In this document: positions 18,862 through 28,967 of the stretch, one piece after another | How the letters are laid out: each line of letters begins with the position of its first letter | Numbering within the stretch: position 1 is the stretch's first letter | Virus record (IMG/VR): IMGVR_UViG_3300010401_000336 | Coordinates: 1 to 52,368 of that record | Length of the DNA: 52,368 nucleotides | Direction: 5' to 3' (one strand) | Origin: a virus | Lineage: Duplodnaviria; Caudoviricetes | Translations under genes and position numbers: made by a program | Notes under the pieces: generated by a model | What the model was told of the DNA's origin: nothing | Database searches by the model: none | What the model saw: only the letters and a program-made list of their open reading frames with translations

Positions 18862-19433
18862 CAGCCGGTTTCGTTGAAGCGCTGGCGAAGTTTCTCGATT
18901 TCCGCGTCCTGCTTATCCTGGACCGTAGGCTTACCGCCGCTGTTCTGGTTGTTGTTGCTCTGCTCGGGCGTGCTCGTCGCGTTCTTCGCCTTGGCCTGTC
19001 GGTACTCGATGGTCTCGACTGTCACCGACCAGCTCTGCCCACCATCGTCCACAAGCTCGCCGATACTTTCGGTGACCAGCCACCAAACATCGTTCGCGGC
19101 GAGCAGCGGGTGATAGATGTCGAACGGCTTCGGGTTCGCCTTCTCAGCGTCGTAAGAGAGCGCCGGGATGATCTGCTCGTAAAAGGCCCGCTGCTGAGCG
19201 TCCGTCCAGAGCAGGAATTTGATCTTGGGTTTCGCGAGATCCCAGCCGCGGTAGGTGATCGTCTGGCCCTGAGAGCCAGCGCTCTTCTTTACGTCCCAGG
19301 CAAACTTGCGCGCGGCGTCCGTAACCTTCAGGATGATCGCGGGCGTGCTGATCTTGCTGGTGTCAATGCCGGCGATCGTAGCCTTGTCGTAGTTGCTCGG
19401 GTCCGCAATGGGACCAACGGTGAGGACGCCCAT
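18861..19433 (-). CDS. Tail protein (tube-initiator-like)
   Basis: Immediately after the tape measure gene; contains WDVKKSAGSQGQTITYRG. Confidence 0.55.
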   Translation of the reverse strand: MGVLTVGPIADPSNYDKATIAGIDTSKISTPAIILKVTDAARKFAWDVKKSAGSQGQTITYRGWDLAKPKIKFLLWTDAQQRAFYEQIIPALSYDAEKANPKPFDIYHPLLAANDVWWLVTESIGELVDDGGQSWSVTVETIEYRQAKAKNATSTPEQSNNNQNSGGKPTVQDKQDAEIEKLRQRFNETG

Positions 19434-21754
19434 TAGTCACCGGTTCCGGTCTGCAACGCCTGCCGTTCCCACCAGTCGGCCATCATCTGCGGGAACTTGT
19501 CCTCAAGATCCGCGGCCCCGGTGACGCCGTTGATCACTACCGCGCCGGCCTCCATGTGAAGGCTTGGCGCGCCGCCATGACCACGCTTCTCTCCCCGCTT
19601 GTCGGCAAGTCGCGCCGGCTCTGCTTGCGGTAGCGGGCGCGCGTTGTCGTTGCCCGCCAGGTGCGGCAGCTCAAGCCTTCGCGTGTGCTCCAGCTGCGGA
19701 GCAGCCCGGTAGGGGTCGCCGAGCCCAGCATGAGCACCGATGCCAGCGCGAGCCCCGACGCCGATCCCAATCCCGGCTCGAGCGCCAGCCGATGCCCTGA
19801 GCACAGCGTGCTCACGAAGCCCGGCAGAGAGTCCTGCGCCCGCGTGGGCAGACATGTGGGCACCCGCGCCTACCATCGCGCCCGTGGACGCCTTGGCGCC
19901 CGCGTGGATGCCACCGGCGAGGCCCGCGGAAAGATGGCCGCCCATCTTGGCCATGACGCGAGAGGGCGAGTGGATGCCGAACTTCTCTTTGAACTTGCTC
20001 AGCGCCGTCTCGGCCAGGTTGACCACGGTGTCGTACAGCTGTGACGCTGCGTTTTCGATACCCTGAATCAGCCCAGTGACCACGTTCTTGCCGGCATCAA
20101 CAGCGGCTAAGCCAAAGCCGACAATCGCGGTCTCCACGGTCGCGGCGACGGCTAGAAGCGCGAACATGCCTTCCACCAGGCGCAGCCCCCAGCTGACCGT
20201 AAACATGATGGCTGATCCGACCAGTGAGAACGCCGGGCCGAGCGCGATCATCTTGGACACCACGAACCCCGCCGCCTCGCCGACCATGCTCATCCACTCG
20301 GCCAGCTTTTGCGGGCCCGCCTGTTGGTCCTTGCCGAAGGTCGCGCCGAGCTGTCGCATGAGCGGCTTCAACGCGATTGCGATCTGTAGACCGATGATGA
20401 CCAGGCCCTTCAGGGCAACCTTGATGTACGGGATGACCGCTTCGGCTGCCTTGAACAACCCGTCGAATGCGGCGCTCAGAACATCGTGAAGAGCGGCTCC
20501 AGCCGGAGTAGCCTGGTCGACGATCGAGAGAATGCTTTGCAGCGCGTTGAGGAAACCCTCGACGTGCACGTCCTTGAACAGCTTGCCCACGTTGTCGTGG
20601 AACCGTTGCAGCTGAACGTCGAGGTCCATGGCCTGCTTGGCCGCGACTCCACCGAACTTATTGGAGATGACCGCGTTGAGCGCCGCGATCCCCGTCTCCG
20701 CCTTGATCTTACCGCTCTTGAGCTGCGCCTCGACCTGCTTCACGCCGACGCCGGTGCGCCGGGAAATCTCCTCGTAGAGCTTCTGTGTTTGAAGCCCCGT
20801 GCCGACCAGTTGCTTCGGCGACAGCGTGAACTTTCCGGTCTGGATCGCCCGCTCGGTAAGCTTCTGGAGCTTCTCGCCGGCCTCGGGTAGAACGGTCTCG
20901 GCCTGCGCAATGGCGCGCATTGAGTCGGTGAGCAGATCGCCGGATTCCCCAGCCGCAGCCAACTCGCGGGACAGCTGTGCCACCCGCGAGCTACCAATGC
21001 CGGTGACCTTGGTGATGTCGCTGATTGCCGACACCACCCGCTGTGCGGCCTCCTCGCTGCCGAGCATCGCGCTAAGCAGGTCGAGCGTTTTCTCCTTGGC
21101 CTCAACGGCCTCGATGGCCATGTGGGCGCCTTCGATGACAAGCTCACCCAGGCCCTCGGCTAGCTTGACGACGCCGGCGGCGGCGATAACGGCCGCGGCG
21201 GCGACACCAGCGACACCGGCAGCAGCCGCAGGGCTGATCCCGGTGATGTGCTCGAATCCCTCGCCGAGCTCGTAGAACGCCTGCTTGAGGCCGTACACGC
21301 CCCGGAGTGGTGCCCCGAGCGTAGAGGCAAGGTTGAGTAGCCCGTGACCGCCGGCTAGCTCCGCAATCTCCTTCAGTGTGCCCGCCAGCTGGGCTGCCTG
21401 AGGGCCACCACCAACGTGCGCCTGGACGGCCGCCACCGCATGGCCTACCGCCTTGCTCCGCTCTTGCTTCTGATATTCGGCATAGAGCGCCCGGGCGCGC
21501 TGCTTGTCGAGCTGCTCGGCTGACCTGGCCAGTTTCAACTGTTCGGACTTCGCGGCCTTGGTAGCCACGGACTGCCCGCCATGGGCAGCACTGGTCGCCG
21601 CCGGCACCTTGATCGACAGCTTGCCGAGGTCGCCGACCAGTCCCTTGACGCTCTTCAGTTGCGACTCAAGCGCAGACAAGGCAAGCGTTGCCGCCTTGGC
21701 CGGACCGCTCATCTTGTCGATGAGGTTGAGCGTGAAATCGATCGCACTAGGCAT
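19433..21754 (-). CDS. Tape measure protein
   Basis: 773 aa, Ala/Gly-rich and helical. Starts LNLIDKMSGPAKAA, has a hydrophobic segment and the GIHSPSRVM motif, and follows the chaperone gene. Confidence 0.85.
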   Translation of the reverse strand: MPSAIDFTLNLIDKMSGPAKAATLALSALESQLKSVKGLVGDLGKLSIKVPAATSAAHGGQSVATKAAKSEQLKLARSAEQLDKQRARALYAEYQKQERSKAVGHAVAAVQAHVGGGPQAAQLAGTLKEIAELAGGHGLLNLASTLGAPLRGVYGLKQAFYELGEGFEHITGISPAAAAGVAGVAAAAVIAAAGVVKLAEGLGELVIEGAHMAIEAVEAKEKTLDLLSAMLGSEEAAQRVVSAISDITKVTGIGSSRVAQLSRELAAAGESGDLLTDSMRAIAQAETVLPEAGEKLQKLTERAIQTGKFTLSPKQLVGTGLQTQKLYEEISRRTGVGVKQVEAQLKSGKIKAETGIAALNAVISNKFGGVAAKQAMDLDVQLQRFHDNVGKLFKDVHVEGFLNALQSILSIVDQATPAGAALHDVLSAAFDGLFKAAEAVIPYIKVALKGLVIIGLQIAIALKPLMRQLGATFGKDQQAGPQKLAEWMSMVGEAAGFVVSKMIALGPAFSLVGSAIMFTVSWGLRLVEGMFALLAVAATVETAIVGFGLAAVDAGKNVVTGLIQGIENAASQLYDTVVNLAETALSKFKEKFGIHSPSRVMAKMGGHLSAGLAGGIHAGAKASTGAMVGAGAHMSAHAGAGLSAGLREHAVLRASAGARAGIGIGVGARAGIGAHAGLGDPYRAAPQLEHTRRLELPHLAGNDNARPLPQAEPARLADKRGEKRGHGGAPSLHMEAGAVVINGVTGAADLEDKFPQMMADWWERQALQTGTGD

Positions 21755-21756
21755 CA

Positions 21757-21799
21757 GAAAACACGAAAAGCCCGCGGCTCGTCTTTGAGCGCGCGGGCT
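21757..21799 (-). terminator. Intrinsic terminator-like hairpin directly before the tape measure start
   Basis: Minus strand reads AGCCCGCG-C-GCTC aaagac GAGC-CGCGGGCT followed by TTTCGTGTTTT. Confidence 0.5.
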
Positions 21800-22306
21800 A
21801 GCCCTTGGTGTTCTGCCGGATAAAGACGTTCACCGCAGTGGCAACCTCGAAGGCTGCCGCATAGGCGGAGTCGTTATCCAACGGAGCCCCGAGGAGTTCC
21901 ATCAGCCCGTACGCAAAGAAGTCGGTGTCGCTTCTTACGCGGGCGTGTATTTTTTTGTTTGAGCTTCGGTGTCGACGCCGGCCAGCTTCAGTACGGCGTC
22001 AAGGCATGTCTGCGTGATCCCGGGAGACTTCTCAAGCCACGACTCGAAGATCGGGCGCGACGGCAGGATGACGCACTGGCAAACGAGCGCCTCGAAGGCT
22101 TTGGCGCGGGTCTTCTCGTCGAAAAGCAGGGCATTGTAGCGGGCGTATTCGCCACGGCTCGGGGAACGAAAGACAGCGACGCCTTTCTTCGTGCGGACCG
22201 CAGTGAACTCGCCGTGCTCGTCTTTGAGCCTCTTCGCCTCGGCTTCGGTGAGTAGCTCGTCAATCCCAACAACCTCGTCAGAGAGGCTGAGCGTACCATC
22301 GGACAT
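21798..22306 (-). CDS. Tail assembly chaperone, -1 frameshift (G-T-type) extended product
   Basis: Slippery A AAA AAA at 21956-21950. The -1 frame stays open for 50 codons (IHARVRSDTDFFAYGLMELL...QNTKG) to TAG at 21800-21798. Confidence 0.75.
21935..22306 (-). CDS. Tail assembly chaperone (G-type)
   Basis: 123 aa between tube and tape measure; ends ...QTKKYTPA. Confidence 0.8.
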   Translation of the reverse strand: MSDGTLSLSDEVVGIDELLTEAEAKRLKDEHGEFTAVRTKKGVAVFRSPSRGEYARYNALLFDEKTRAKAFEALVCQCVILPSRPIFESWLEKSPGITQTCLDAVLKLAGVDTEAQTKKYTPA

Positions 22307-22332
22307 GCGTTACCCCGTTTCTGTTTGCGAAC

Positions 22333-22803
22333 CTACGGAATATCAGGCGTGAGCGAAACACCGTTCCAGAGGATGCCGCTCGGCATCAGCGTGAGCTTGC
22401 GGACGATAGCGTCGCTCGAGCCCGATGACTGCGAGCCGCTTATCTCCGTGATCGTCGCTTGGACGATCGTGTCCTGGATGACAGCCAGTGGGCTCGCATC
22501 GATGAGCCCGATGCCAGCATCGTACGAGACCACGATGTCCCAGAACTGAGTCATCGCCTGCTCACCGAGCAGCTGCATCACCTGGTCGAACTCGGATTCT
22601 AGGATCGAAAGGTCAGCCTCAAACGTGAAATTACCGAGCGTCTGCCCGAGCGGGAGCGCGCCAGCACCGCGCACGTAGCCGCGGTCGGTCTTCACCGAGT
22701 AGTTGATCTCCGTGCAGCCGAGGGTGATATCGCCGGCTAGGCGGATCTCGATGCTGGACCATGCATGTCGGAATCCGTTCGTAAGCGGATATTGTATAGA
22801 CAA
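22333..22803 (-). CDS. Tail tube protein
   Basis: 156 aa after the sheath gene; contains NGFRHAWSSIEI...EINY...GQTLGNF. Confidence 0.8.
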   Translation of the reverse strand: MSIQYPLTNGFRHAWSSIEIRLAGDITLGCTEINYSVKTDRGYVRGAGALPLGQTLGNFTFEADLSILESEFDQVMQLLGEQAMTQFWDIVVSYDAGIGLIDASPLAVIQDTIVQATITEISGSQSSGSSDAIVRKLTLMPSGILWNGVSLTPDIP

Positions 22804-22826
22804 CGGATAAGCCTTTCGCTACGCAA

Positions 22827-24305
22827 TCACGCGGCGATAGAAGCGAAGACCGGGTTGACGAAACTGAACGTGTCCGAAACCACCTTCACGTAACCCAGAG
22901 GGATCACACTCGTAGTCACAGTCAGCGTCTTCGTAACCGAGATGTTGTCCACGCGCGACACCACGCACTGCGCAGCACTCGCGTCCCCGGTATTCACAAC
23001 ACCGGCGTTCAACTTGGTATTGCACCCGCTCTCGATGCCCAGCGCATCACGCTCGAGAATGAACCCGGTCTTGCGGTTCAGCCGCACGTCGGTGGACAGC
23101 AACCGCGTGAAGTAAGCGCGCGAGATCCTGGCCGCCTCGTCCATCACCCGCCCGTACTGGAGCAACGTGAAGTCGCTCGTCGGGTCACACATGATGTTGG
23201 GGTTCGTGATGTAGTAGCCGGTGATCCCCGTGAAGCTGGTCACGGTCATGAACCGGTTTGCGTCGAGCCCGGGGTTCAGCTTCTCGTCGTGGTAGACGGT
23301 ATCGACCGGAACGCCGTTGAGCGGCCCCGTGTTGTTCGTGCCGCCGTAGTTCGGTGAGAGCGCACCGTCAGCAACGGCACCGATGTCACGGCCGATGTTG
23401 CGACGCCCCGCGCGCACGATGGCGAGACCACCGATGCTACGACGGAACTCGACCTTGGTGAGCGCGGAGATGCTCCGGCAAGCGCCGGCCGCGACGGAGA
23501 TGTAGTCGGTCGTGAACGTCCCGTAGTCGGCCGAGATGGCGGCCATCCACTGCGCCTCGGTTTCGCCGCTGTCGGCGATGTCGCGGGCCTCGACGATGAA
23601 GCGCACGAACTTCGTAAGCGAAAGGAATTGGACGACCTCGGCCAGAATCGTGTCGGCCTGCGATTTCGAGCAGGCACCGACCACGTAGCCAAGGCCAAAC
23701 TCGCGCACGTTGATGCGGAGCGCCTCGATCGCAGTGGCCACGTCCGCGGCTGCCCAGGTAGGCGCCGTCGTGGTCGCAGTGTAAGTATCGTCCTCCACAA
23801 CCGAAGCGGCCGTGAAGTTGAAGGTCATCCCGGTGGTGCCCGAAAGCCCCGAGTAGACCCGATTGGCCGGCATCGTGATCGCGCGGCTGGTGGTCAGGCC
23901 GCCGTCAAGAGAAACCGTGAAAGCCGGCTCGGGGTCACTCCCTGCGGTGCCGCTGCTCGTGGGGGTGACGATGATCGAGTAGGCGTCGAATGGCACACCG
24001 GTGATGGTCATCACGCTGGTGCCCGTGCCCGTGTGCACTACCGCACTGGCCGCGCCCGGTGTGCTCGTCGGCACCTTGACGAACAGCGTCGGGATGCCCG
24101 ACTGGATGCACTGCGCGGCGAGGTCGGGTCCGGGGCCGTAGCCGTAGTCGGCGACCAGGTTGTCGCTGCGTCGGTAGGAGTCTTGGACCGTGTTGGCAGT
24201 GCCGCCGGACGAGCAGCCAAAGATGGCCACCGTGCCCGCGGGGGAGGGCGCGACGTTTCCAAGCCCGTTACTCAGAATCGTGGCGTTGAAGGAAGGCGTC
24301 GGCAT
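22827..24305 (-). CDS. Tail sheath protein (DUF2586-like)
   Basis: 492 aa with GYYITNPNIM...SDFTLLQYGRVMDEAAR; position before the tube gene. Confidence 0.85.
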   Translation of the reverse strand: MPTPSFNATILSNGLGNVAPSPAGTVAIFGCSSGGTANTVQDSYRRSDNLVADYGYGPGPDLAAQCIQSGIPTLFVKVPTSTPGAASAVVHTGTGTSVMTITGVPFDAYSIIVTPTSSGTAGSDPEPAFTVSLDGGLTTSRAITMPANRVYSGLSGTTGMTFNFTAASVVEDDTYTATTTAPTWAAADVATAIEALRINVREFGLGYVVGACSKSQADTILAEVVQFLSLTKFVRFIVEARDIADSGETEAQWMAAISADYGTFTTDYISVAAGACRSISALTKVEFRRSIGGLAIVRAGRRNIGRDIGAVADGALSPNYGGTNNTGPLNGVPVDTVYHDEKLNPGLDANRFMTVTSFTGITGYYITNPNIMCDPTSDFTLLQYGRVMDEAARISRAYFTRLLSTDVRLNRKTGFILERDALGIESGCNTKLNAGVVNTGDASAAQCVVSRVDNISVTKTLTVTTSVIPLGYVKVVSDTFSFVNPVFASIAA

Positions 24306-24306
24306 T

Positions 24307-24921
24307 TCAAGAGTCCTTGGTCACAAGAAAGTTCATCGTGCTCATCACGCCGCCCGTCGGAACTCCGGGCGCAATCGCTTGCACGGTTACGTCCGCAGTA
24401 ACGTCGCCCTGGAGAAGCCAGGTGAAGACGCTCGTGTCGATGCAGCCGCAGGGAAAGTCGATGTCTACGATCGGGATCTGAACGCGGATGCTCATCGTGT
24501 AGGCGAGCCCGCGATTGACGATGAGCGCGTTTACGTCGTGCTTGCCGCCCGTGATCACGAGCACTCGACCGAGCCCGCAAGCGCGATAGAGACTCAGAGC
24601 CGTTTGGTTGATCAGCGCGTTCAGTACATCGTAGTCTGCGGCTAGCTGGTTCTCGCCAAGCGCCCCGCTGCCCTCGGCGCCCCAGATCCAGATGTCACAG
24701 CCGGCCTGGCGCTGCATGTACGAGCGCGGGTTAGCGCCGGTCGTGCTGCCACCCAAGACGGACTGGACGATGTTGCCGTACTCGGGGTCGTTGCGTGGGA
24801 TGAAGACTACGCGGTTAGGCTCGGCGTTTTCATGCTTGAAAACTTCGCCGAACAGAACGCGAGCCGGACACCCGCTGGACCGAAAGTCATCGCGGACGAA
24901 CTTGAAAACGTCCGTGAGCAT
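24307..24921 (-). CDS. Tail completion/terminator protein
   Basis: Lies between the neck genes and the sheath; contains NRVVFIP. Confidence 0.55.
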   Translation of the reverse strand: MLTDVFKFVRDDFRSSGCPARVLFGEVFKHENAEPNRVVFIPRNDPEYGNIVQSVLGGSTTGANPRSYMQRQAGCDIWIWGAEGSGALGENQLAADYDVLNALINQTALSLYRACGLGRVLVITGGKHDVNALIVNRGLAYTMSIRVQIPIVDIDFPCGCIDTSVFTWLLQGDVTADVTVQAIAPGVPTGGVMSTMNFLVTKDS

Positions 24922-24924
24922 CGG

Positions 24925-25320
24925 TCACTTGAGGGCCTTAGCGATCGAGGCTTGAGCGGCATCCGCAATCGGTTTCTCCCAAGCGGGCGGGAGCGCATCG
25001 CCACTTGGGACAAGCGGGCGAGCCGCCATCTTCACCGTGCGGCCCTGGTGAAAGCCGCCGGGCTTGGGGATGCGGACCGAGACGCCTTTGACGCCCGGTA
25101 CTACCTGGGAGCCCGAGCGCATGGCGCCCGACTTCTGTAGGTGGCTGGGCGTGCCATCGGCCTTGGCTGTCCATGGTTGTCCGTCTGGCCCCTTGCCGGA
25201 CTCGTACTCGGCTTGGACGAGGCCATCGACAATCGGCGCTAGATCGGCACTCACCGATTCAGCAGAAAGACTCTCTAGCCCGGCGATCAGCTTCGCCAGC
25301 TCGGCGAAACCGTCGGCCAC
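24925..25320 (-). CDS. Virion morphogenesis protein (Mu gpG-like)
   Basis: GPDGQPW, LQKSGAMRS and FHQGRTVKMAARPLVP motifs. Confidence 0.8.
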   Translation of the reverse strand: MADGFAELAKLIAGLESLSAESVSADLAPIVDGLVQAEYESGKGPDGQPWTAKADGTPSHLQKSGAMRSGSQVVPGVKGVSVRIPKPGGFHQGRTVKMAARPLVPSGDALPPAWEKPIADAAQASIAKALK

Positions 25321-25797
25321 TCACGTCCCCCAGTTGTCACCACCTGGAACGAACGGGGACACCGTGCCGTTTCCGGTGAGCTGGCCGTACCCGCGCTGAT
25401 TGTTCGTGAACACATCGGGCTGAAGCGATTCGGGCACAGCCTGGATTACCGTGAGAGCCGCTTGGCCGTTCGCTACACGGACGAGCCAGGCGGTGGCATC
25501 GAGGTAGCCCTGCCGGATGATGGCGTCCGAGCTGCCACCGGCTACGGCCGGGTTGTAGCCCCGGCGTCGCAAGAGGTACCAGGAAGCGATCTGGCAAACC
25601 GCGTCCACCAGTGACGGCGGGTACGGTCGGCTAAGTGGCAGCGAGTACTTGTCGCCCAGGAACGAATCGGCGTAGGCGCTCGCTGTGATGAGCGCCTGAA
25701 CCCAGGTTGACTTGTCGATCGAGGCCAGAGCTGGGCCGGGTAGGCCGAGATTCTGGAAGTCCTCGATCGAGGCGTACTGCGTGCCGGAGAGGGGCAC
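25321..25797 (-). CDS. Head-tail adaptor, Mu gp36/DUF1320-like
   Basis: YASIED, ASAYADSFLGDKYSLPL, VCQIASWYL and YLDATAWLVRVANG motifs. Confidence 0.85.
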   Translation of the reverse strand: MPLSGTQYASIEDFQNLGLPGPALASIDKSTWVQALITASAYADSFLGDKYSLPLSRPYPPSLVDAVCQIASWYLLRRRGYNPAVAGGSSDAIIRQGYLDATAWLVRVANGQAALTVIQAVPESLQPDVFTNNQRGYGQLTGNGTVSPFVPGGDNWGT

Positions 25798-25800
25798 GGG

Positions 25801-26799
25801 TTAGAAGCTCGCGTCGCTCGTCGCACAAAGGCTGAGAAACCAAAGTGTTTCCGCAGCACAGCCTCGACCTTCGACGCCGTACAAGAACTGGTGATTCTCG
25901 AAGACAGCCGGGTCCGTCGGCGAGATGCGCGGCGTCATGACCGGCGCCTGACGCAGCTGCCAGAGGAATGGCTTCACCGCACGCGTGGTGCAGAGCAGGT
26001 ACCAGGCGTTCGGCTTGGTCGCGAGCTCGGGGATGATCTTCAGCCCCACGCTGCCCTTCCACACGTTCGTGGTAGGACCGGTACCTGGCGACGTGGTGAC
26101 CACGAAGTCCGAGTTGACGATCAGCTTGCCCTGGCCAGCCAGCTGCGGAGGAACCACCAGCGTGTCCGGGATGATGCCGAGCGGCTGCCCGTCTGCGCCA
26201 ACCCAGGCCGACATGGTTTGCCATGCGGTGATGAAGTTGGAGTAGGTGAGCGACGTGCTGACCAACAGGTTCGACTGCGTGGTCGGCGTGTTGACGTTAC
26301 CGCCGAGGCCGCCGAGGTTGGAGCTACCGGCAACGTCACCGCCGAGCAGCGGGTGGTTGGTGGAGAACTGCGGCACGCCATCGTAGCCGTTCGTGATGGT
26401 CGCGCCGACACCGCCGCTCGTGCTCGTGGTGTTGGTGATCCAGCTTGCGATCTGCTGGTCGGGCCACTTCGCCGCCTGCATGCCGGCGTCCACCATTGAG
26501 AAGTTGAAGATGCCGTACTGGTCGTCCGACACGTCCCACTTGTCGAGCGCGTAGGTCAGCTCGAAGGGCTTGTTGACGATCGTGCGGCTGTGCGTGGTCA
26601 CCGCGTTCACGACGCGAGGCCCGAGCCACTGGCGCATGATGGGCAGGCGGTCCATCCAGCCGTACGTGATCTCGCGGCTCGCCGAAGGGATCGTGGTCGC
26701 TAGATCGCTGTACCAAACCGGCGTGGTGGTGAGCGCGTTTTGGTAGGAAAGGTTGAAGCCCCTGAACAAGATGTCCAGGTTGGAGGCAGTAATATCCAT
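25801..26799 (-). CDS. Major capsid protein, Mu gpT-like
   Basis: YGWMDRLPIMRQWLGPRV, NKPFELT, DDQYG, GYDGVPQFSTNHP, PDTLVVPPQL and AWYLLCTTRAVKPF motifs. Confidence 0.92.
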   Translation of the reverse strand: MDITASNLDILFRGFNLSYQNALTTTPVWYSDLATTIPSASREITYGWMDRLPIMRQWLGPRVVNAVTTHSRTIVNKPFELTYALDKWDVSDDQYGIFNFSMVDAGMQAAKWPDQQIASWITNTTSTSGGVGATITNGYDGVPQFSTNHPLLGGDVAGSSNLGGLGGNVNTPTTQSNLLVSTSLTYSNFITAWQTMSAWVGADGQPLGIIPDTLVVPPQLAGQGKLIVNSDFVVTTSPGTGPTTNVWKGSVGLKIIPELATKPNAWYLLCTTRAVKPFLWQLRQAPVMTPRISPTDPAVFENHQFLYGVEGRGCAAETLWFLSLCATSDASF

Positions 26800-26844
26800 G
26801 ACTCAAGTCCTTGAGTTGTAAGAAAGGAGGTTTTGCGGCCCGGG

Positions 26845-27357
26845 TTACACGTACGCGCCAGCGCCGGTGCCCTGGAAAGGCTGAACCGTGCCGAGCTTCA
26901 CCCAGACACCGATGCCGACAGGCTCGCTCGTGCCGGTTGCATTCACGCCCACGACGGTGCCAGCTAGGCAGCGCGAACCGTTGGCGGGAGAGATGCGCGA
27001 GACAGTGTGGTCGTCGTTCAGCAGACACGCATGGCCGATGTCCGCAACGCCGACGGGCTGCGTCGGATCGTTGTCCAGGAAGAACGTGCCTTGCTGGATC
27101 TCGACCTGAAGAGCGCCGCTGGTGGCGCCGGAGGTCACGGAGCCGCCGGGCATTTGAGCGCCCTGATTGCTGAGCACGCCCATGCAGATGAGTGACGCGC
27201 CAGTCGAACCGGGGACGACGAAGCCAGCATTGTCCATGCAGACGACGCCACCGAAGTAGAGCGTGGTGGAAGCCTTGACGCCGACGGGGCCGAGCGTGTT
27301 GCCGTATTGCCCGTCGAGCTTCTGCGGCGTGAGGCGAGGAGTAGTAAGAGCAGCCAT
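26845..27357 (-). CDS. Capsid cement/decoration protein
   Basis: MAALT...VKASTTLYFGG...DIGHACLLNDDHTV...GVWV; lies between protease and capsid. Confidence 0.75.
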   Translation of the reverse strand: MAALTTPRLTPQKLDGQYGNTLGPVGVKASTTLYFGGVVCMDNAGFVVPGSTGASLICMGVLSNQGAQMPGGSVTSGATSGALQVEIQQGTFFLDNDPTQPVGVADIGHACLLNDDHTVSRISPANGSRCLAGTVVGVNATGTSEPVGIGVWVKLGTVQPFQGTGAGAYV

Positions 27358-27392
27358 AGTTGTGGTCTCCGAAAAACTAAGAAGTCAGTGCG

Positions 27393-28889
27393 TTACGCCG
27401 CGATTCCGCGCGCGCGGTCGTGTTCGAGCTTTGCCCGGGCGCGCTTATCAGCGAGGAACGCGGCCTCGTTGGCGGCCTTGTCGACGCCGCCCATCAGCTT
27501 GCATGCGGCCTTCTCTTCCGCGGTGAGCTGGATGCTCTCCGCGTTGAAGCCGGCGGCGGGCTTCTTCGTCGAAGCGCGGGCCTCGACAACGGTCTCGTGC
27601 TCGTCGTCGGGCTCATGCTCTTCGTTGACGGGGCCGAACTTCGCGCCGCCGGTCATCTCGAGGTAACCATCGAGGCCCTCGTGGGTCATCTTCAGCGCCA
27701 TCACCTTGCGGTCGGGACGGAGCTGGCCGCTCTTGATGAGCGCCGTGACGCGCTGGGCGACGGTCTGCTCGGTCTGCGTGGTCTTCAGCTTGTCCGCGTG
27801 GCCCACGACCGCGCCGGCAAGCTTCTTGATGTCCTTGCAGCCGGTGAGTGAGACGCACGCCTCGATGACAGCCTTGGTGGCCGCGCTCTCGTCGTCGTCC
27901 TCATCCTCGTCGTCGTTCCCCTTCTTGGGAAACTTCGCCTTGGCCTCGGCCGCGTCGGCTTCCGCCTGCGCCTTGGCTGCGTTCGAGGTGTCGAGTTGCG
28001 CCTTGATCTCGGCAAGCTGTGCCTCGAGCTCGGCAATGCGGGCCTTGTACTGCTCTTCGTCCATGGTGTTTTCTCCGGCAGCCGCAGCGATGGCCGCGGG
28101 GGAATCGGTAACGGTCAATTCGTCGGTGGTTGCGTCACCGAGCGTCACGTTGTGTGTGAGTTGCTCGAGCGCCGCGGCAACGGGATCGCCTGGTCGCTGC
28201 TCTTCCTTGTCGATCTCGTCAATCGCGGCGCGCACGAGATCCTTGATCTCGCCAGCCGTGACCGTGCTCGCCCGGGCCTGCGCATCGATTGATCGCGGCA
28301 CGTTGCGGAACATCGAGAGATCGAAGTGAGCCGCGAGCTTTGCGTTCGGGCTCTGGATCAGCGAATCGGCGAACCCGTAGGCAAGCGCCTCGGTGCCGGT
28401 CATCCACTTCTCTTCGTTCATCAGCGAGCCGATAAACTCCCGACTCCTGCCGCACTTGGCGCAGTAGATGTCGAGCATCATCTCGCGCATCGAATCGAGC
28501 ACGTCGGCCTGGTGCCGAAGCTCGTCGCTGCCGCCCTCGATCCACCCGTACGGATTGTGGATCATGAGGTACGAGGTCGCCGGCATCTCGAGCCGGCCGG
28601 ACATGGCAATCACCGAGGCAATCGACCCCGCCAGTCCGTCCACTTGGCAGGTAACCTCTGCCGTGTGGTTCTTCAGGATGTTGTAGATCGCGAGCCCCTC
28701 GGTGACGATGCCGCCGCCCGAGTTGATGCGAACACGGATCTTTTTGGCCTTCGGCGAGGCGCTCAGCGTGTCGAGAACCGACTGCGCGCTGATGCCGCCA
28801 CCGAAGAGCGGGTCTGCGCCGATGCCCTCGTACAAATCGAGCTCAAGGCTGTCTGAGCCCTGGCCGCGAAGGTTGAAGCCGATCGGCAT
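27393..28889 (-). CDS. ClpP-like prohead protease fused to a scaffold region
   Basis: INSGGG, DGLAGSIASVIA, MIHNP and EKWMTGTEALAYGFAD motifs; acidic coiled-coil C-terminus. Confidence 0.9.
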   Translation of the reverse strand: MPIGFNLRGQGSDSLELDLYEGIGADPLFGGGISAQSVLDTLSASPKAKKIRVRINSGGGIVTEGLAIYNILKNHTAEVTCQVDGLAGSIASVIAMSGRLEMPATSYLMIHNPYGWIEGGSDELRHQADVLDSMREMMLDIYCAKCGRSREFIGSLMNEEKWMTGTEALAYGFADSLIQSPNAKLAAHFDLSMFRNVPRSIDAQARASTVTAGEIKDLVRAAIDEIDKEEQRPGDPVAAALEQLTHNVTLGDATTDELTVTDSPAAIAAAAGENTMDEEQYKARIAELEAQLAEIKAQLDTSNAAKAQAEADAAEAKAKFPKKGNDDEDEDDDESAATKAVIEACVSLTGCKDIKKLAGAVVGHADKLKTTQTEQTVAQRVTALIKSGQLRPDRKVMALKMTHEGLDGYLEMTGGAKFGPVNEEHEPDDEHETVVEARASTKKPAAGFNAESIQLTAEEKAACKLMGGVDKAANEAAFLADKRARAKLEHDRARGIAA

Positions 28890-28967
28890 TGGTTCTTGGC
28901 GAAACGCTGCGCAGCGTCCCGAAAAAGATGGCGAGAGTGAGCGCCGCTATCAGCGTCGCCGCGAGCA

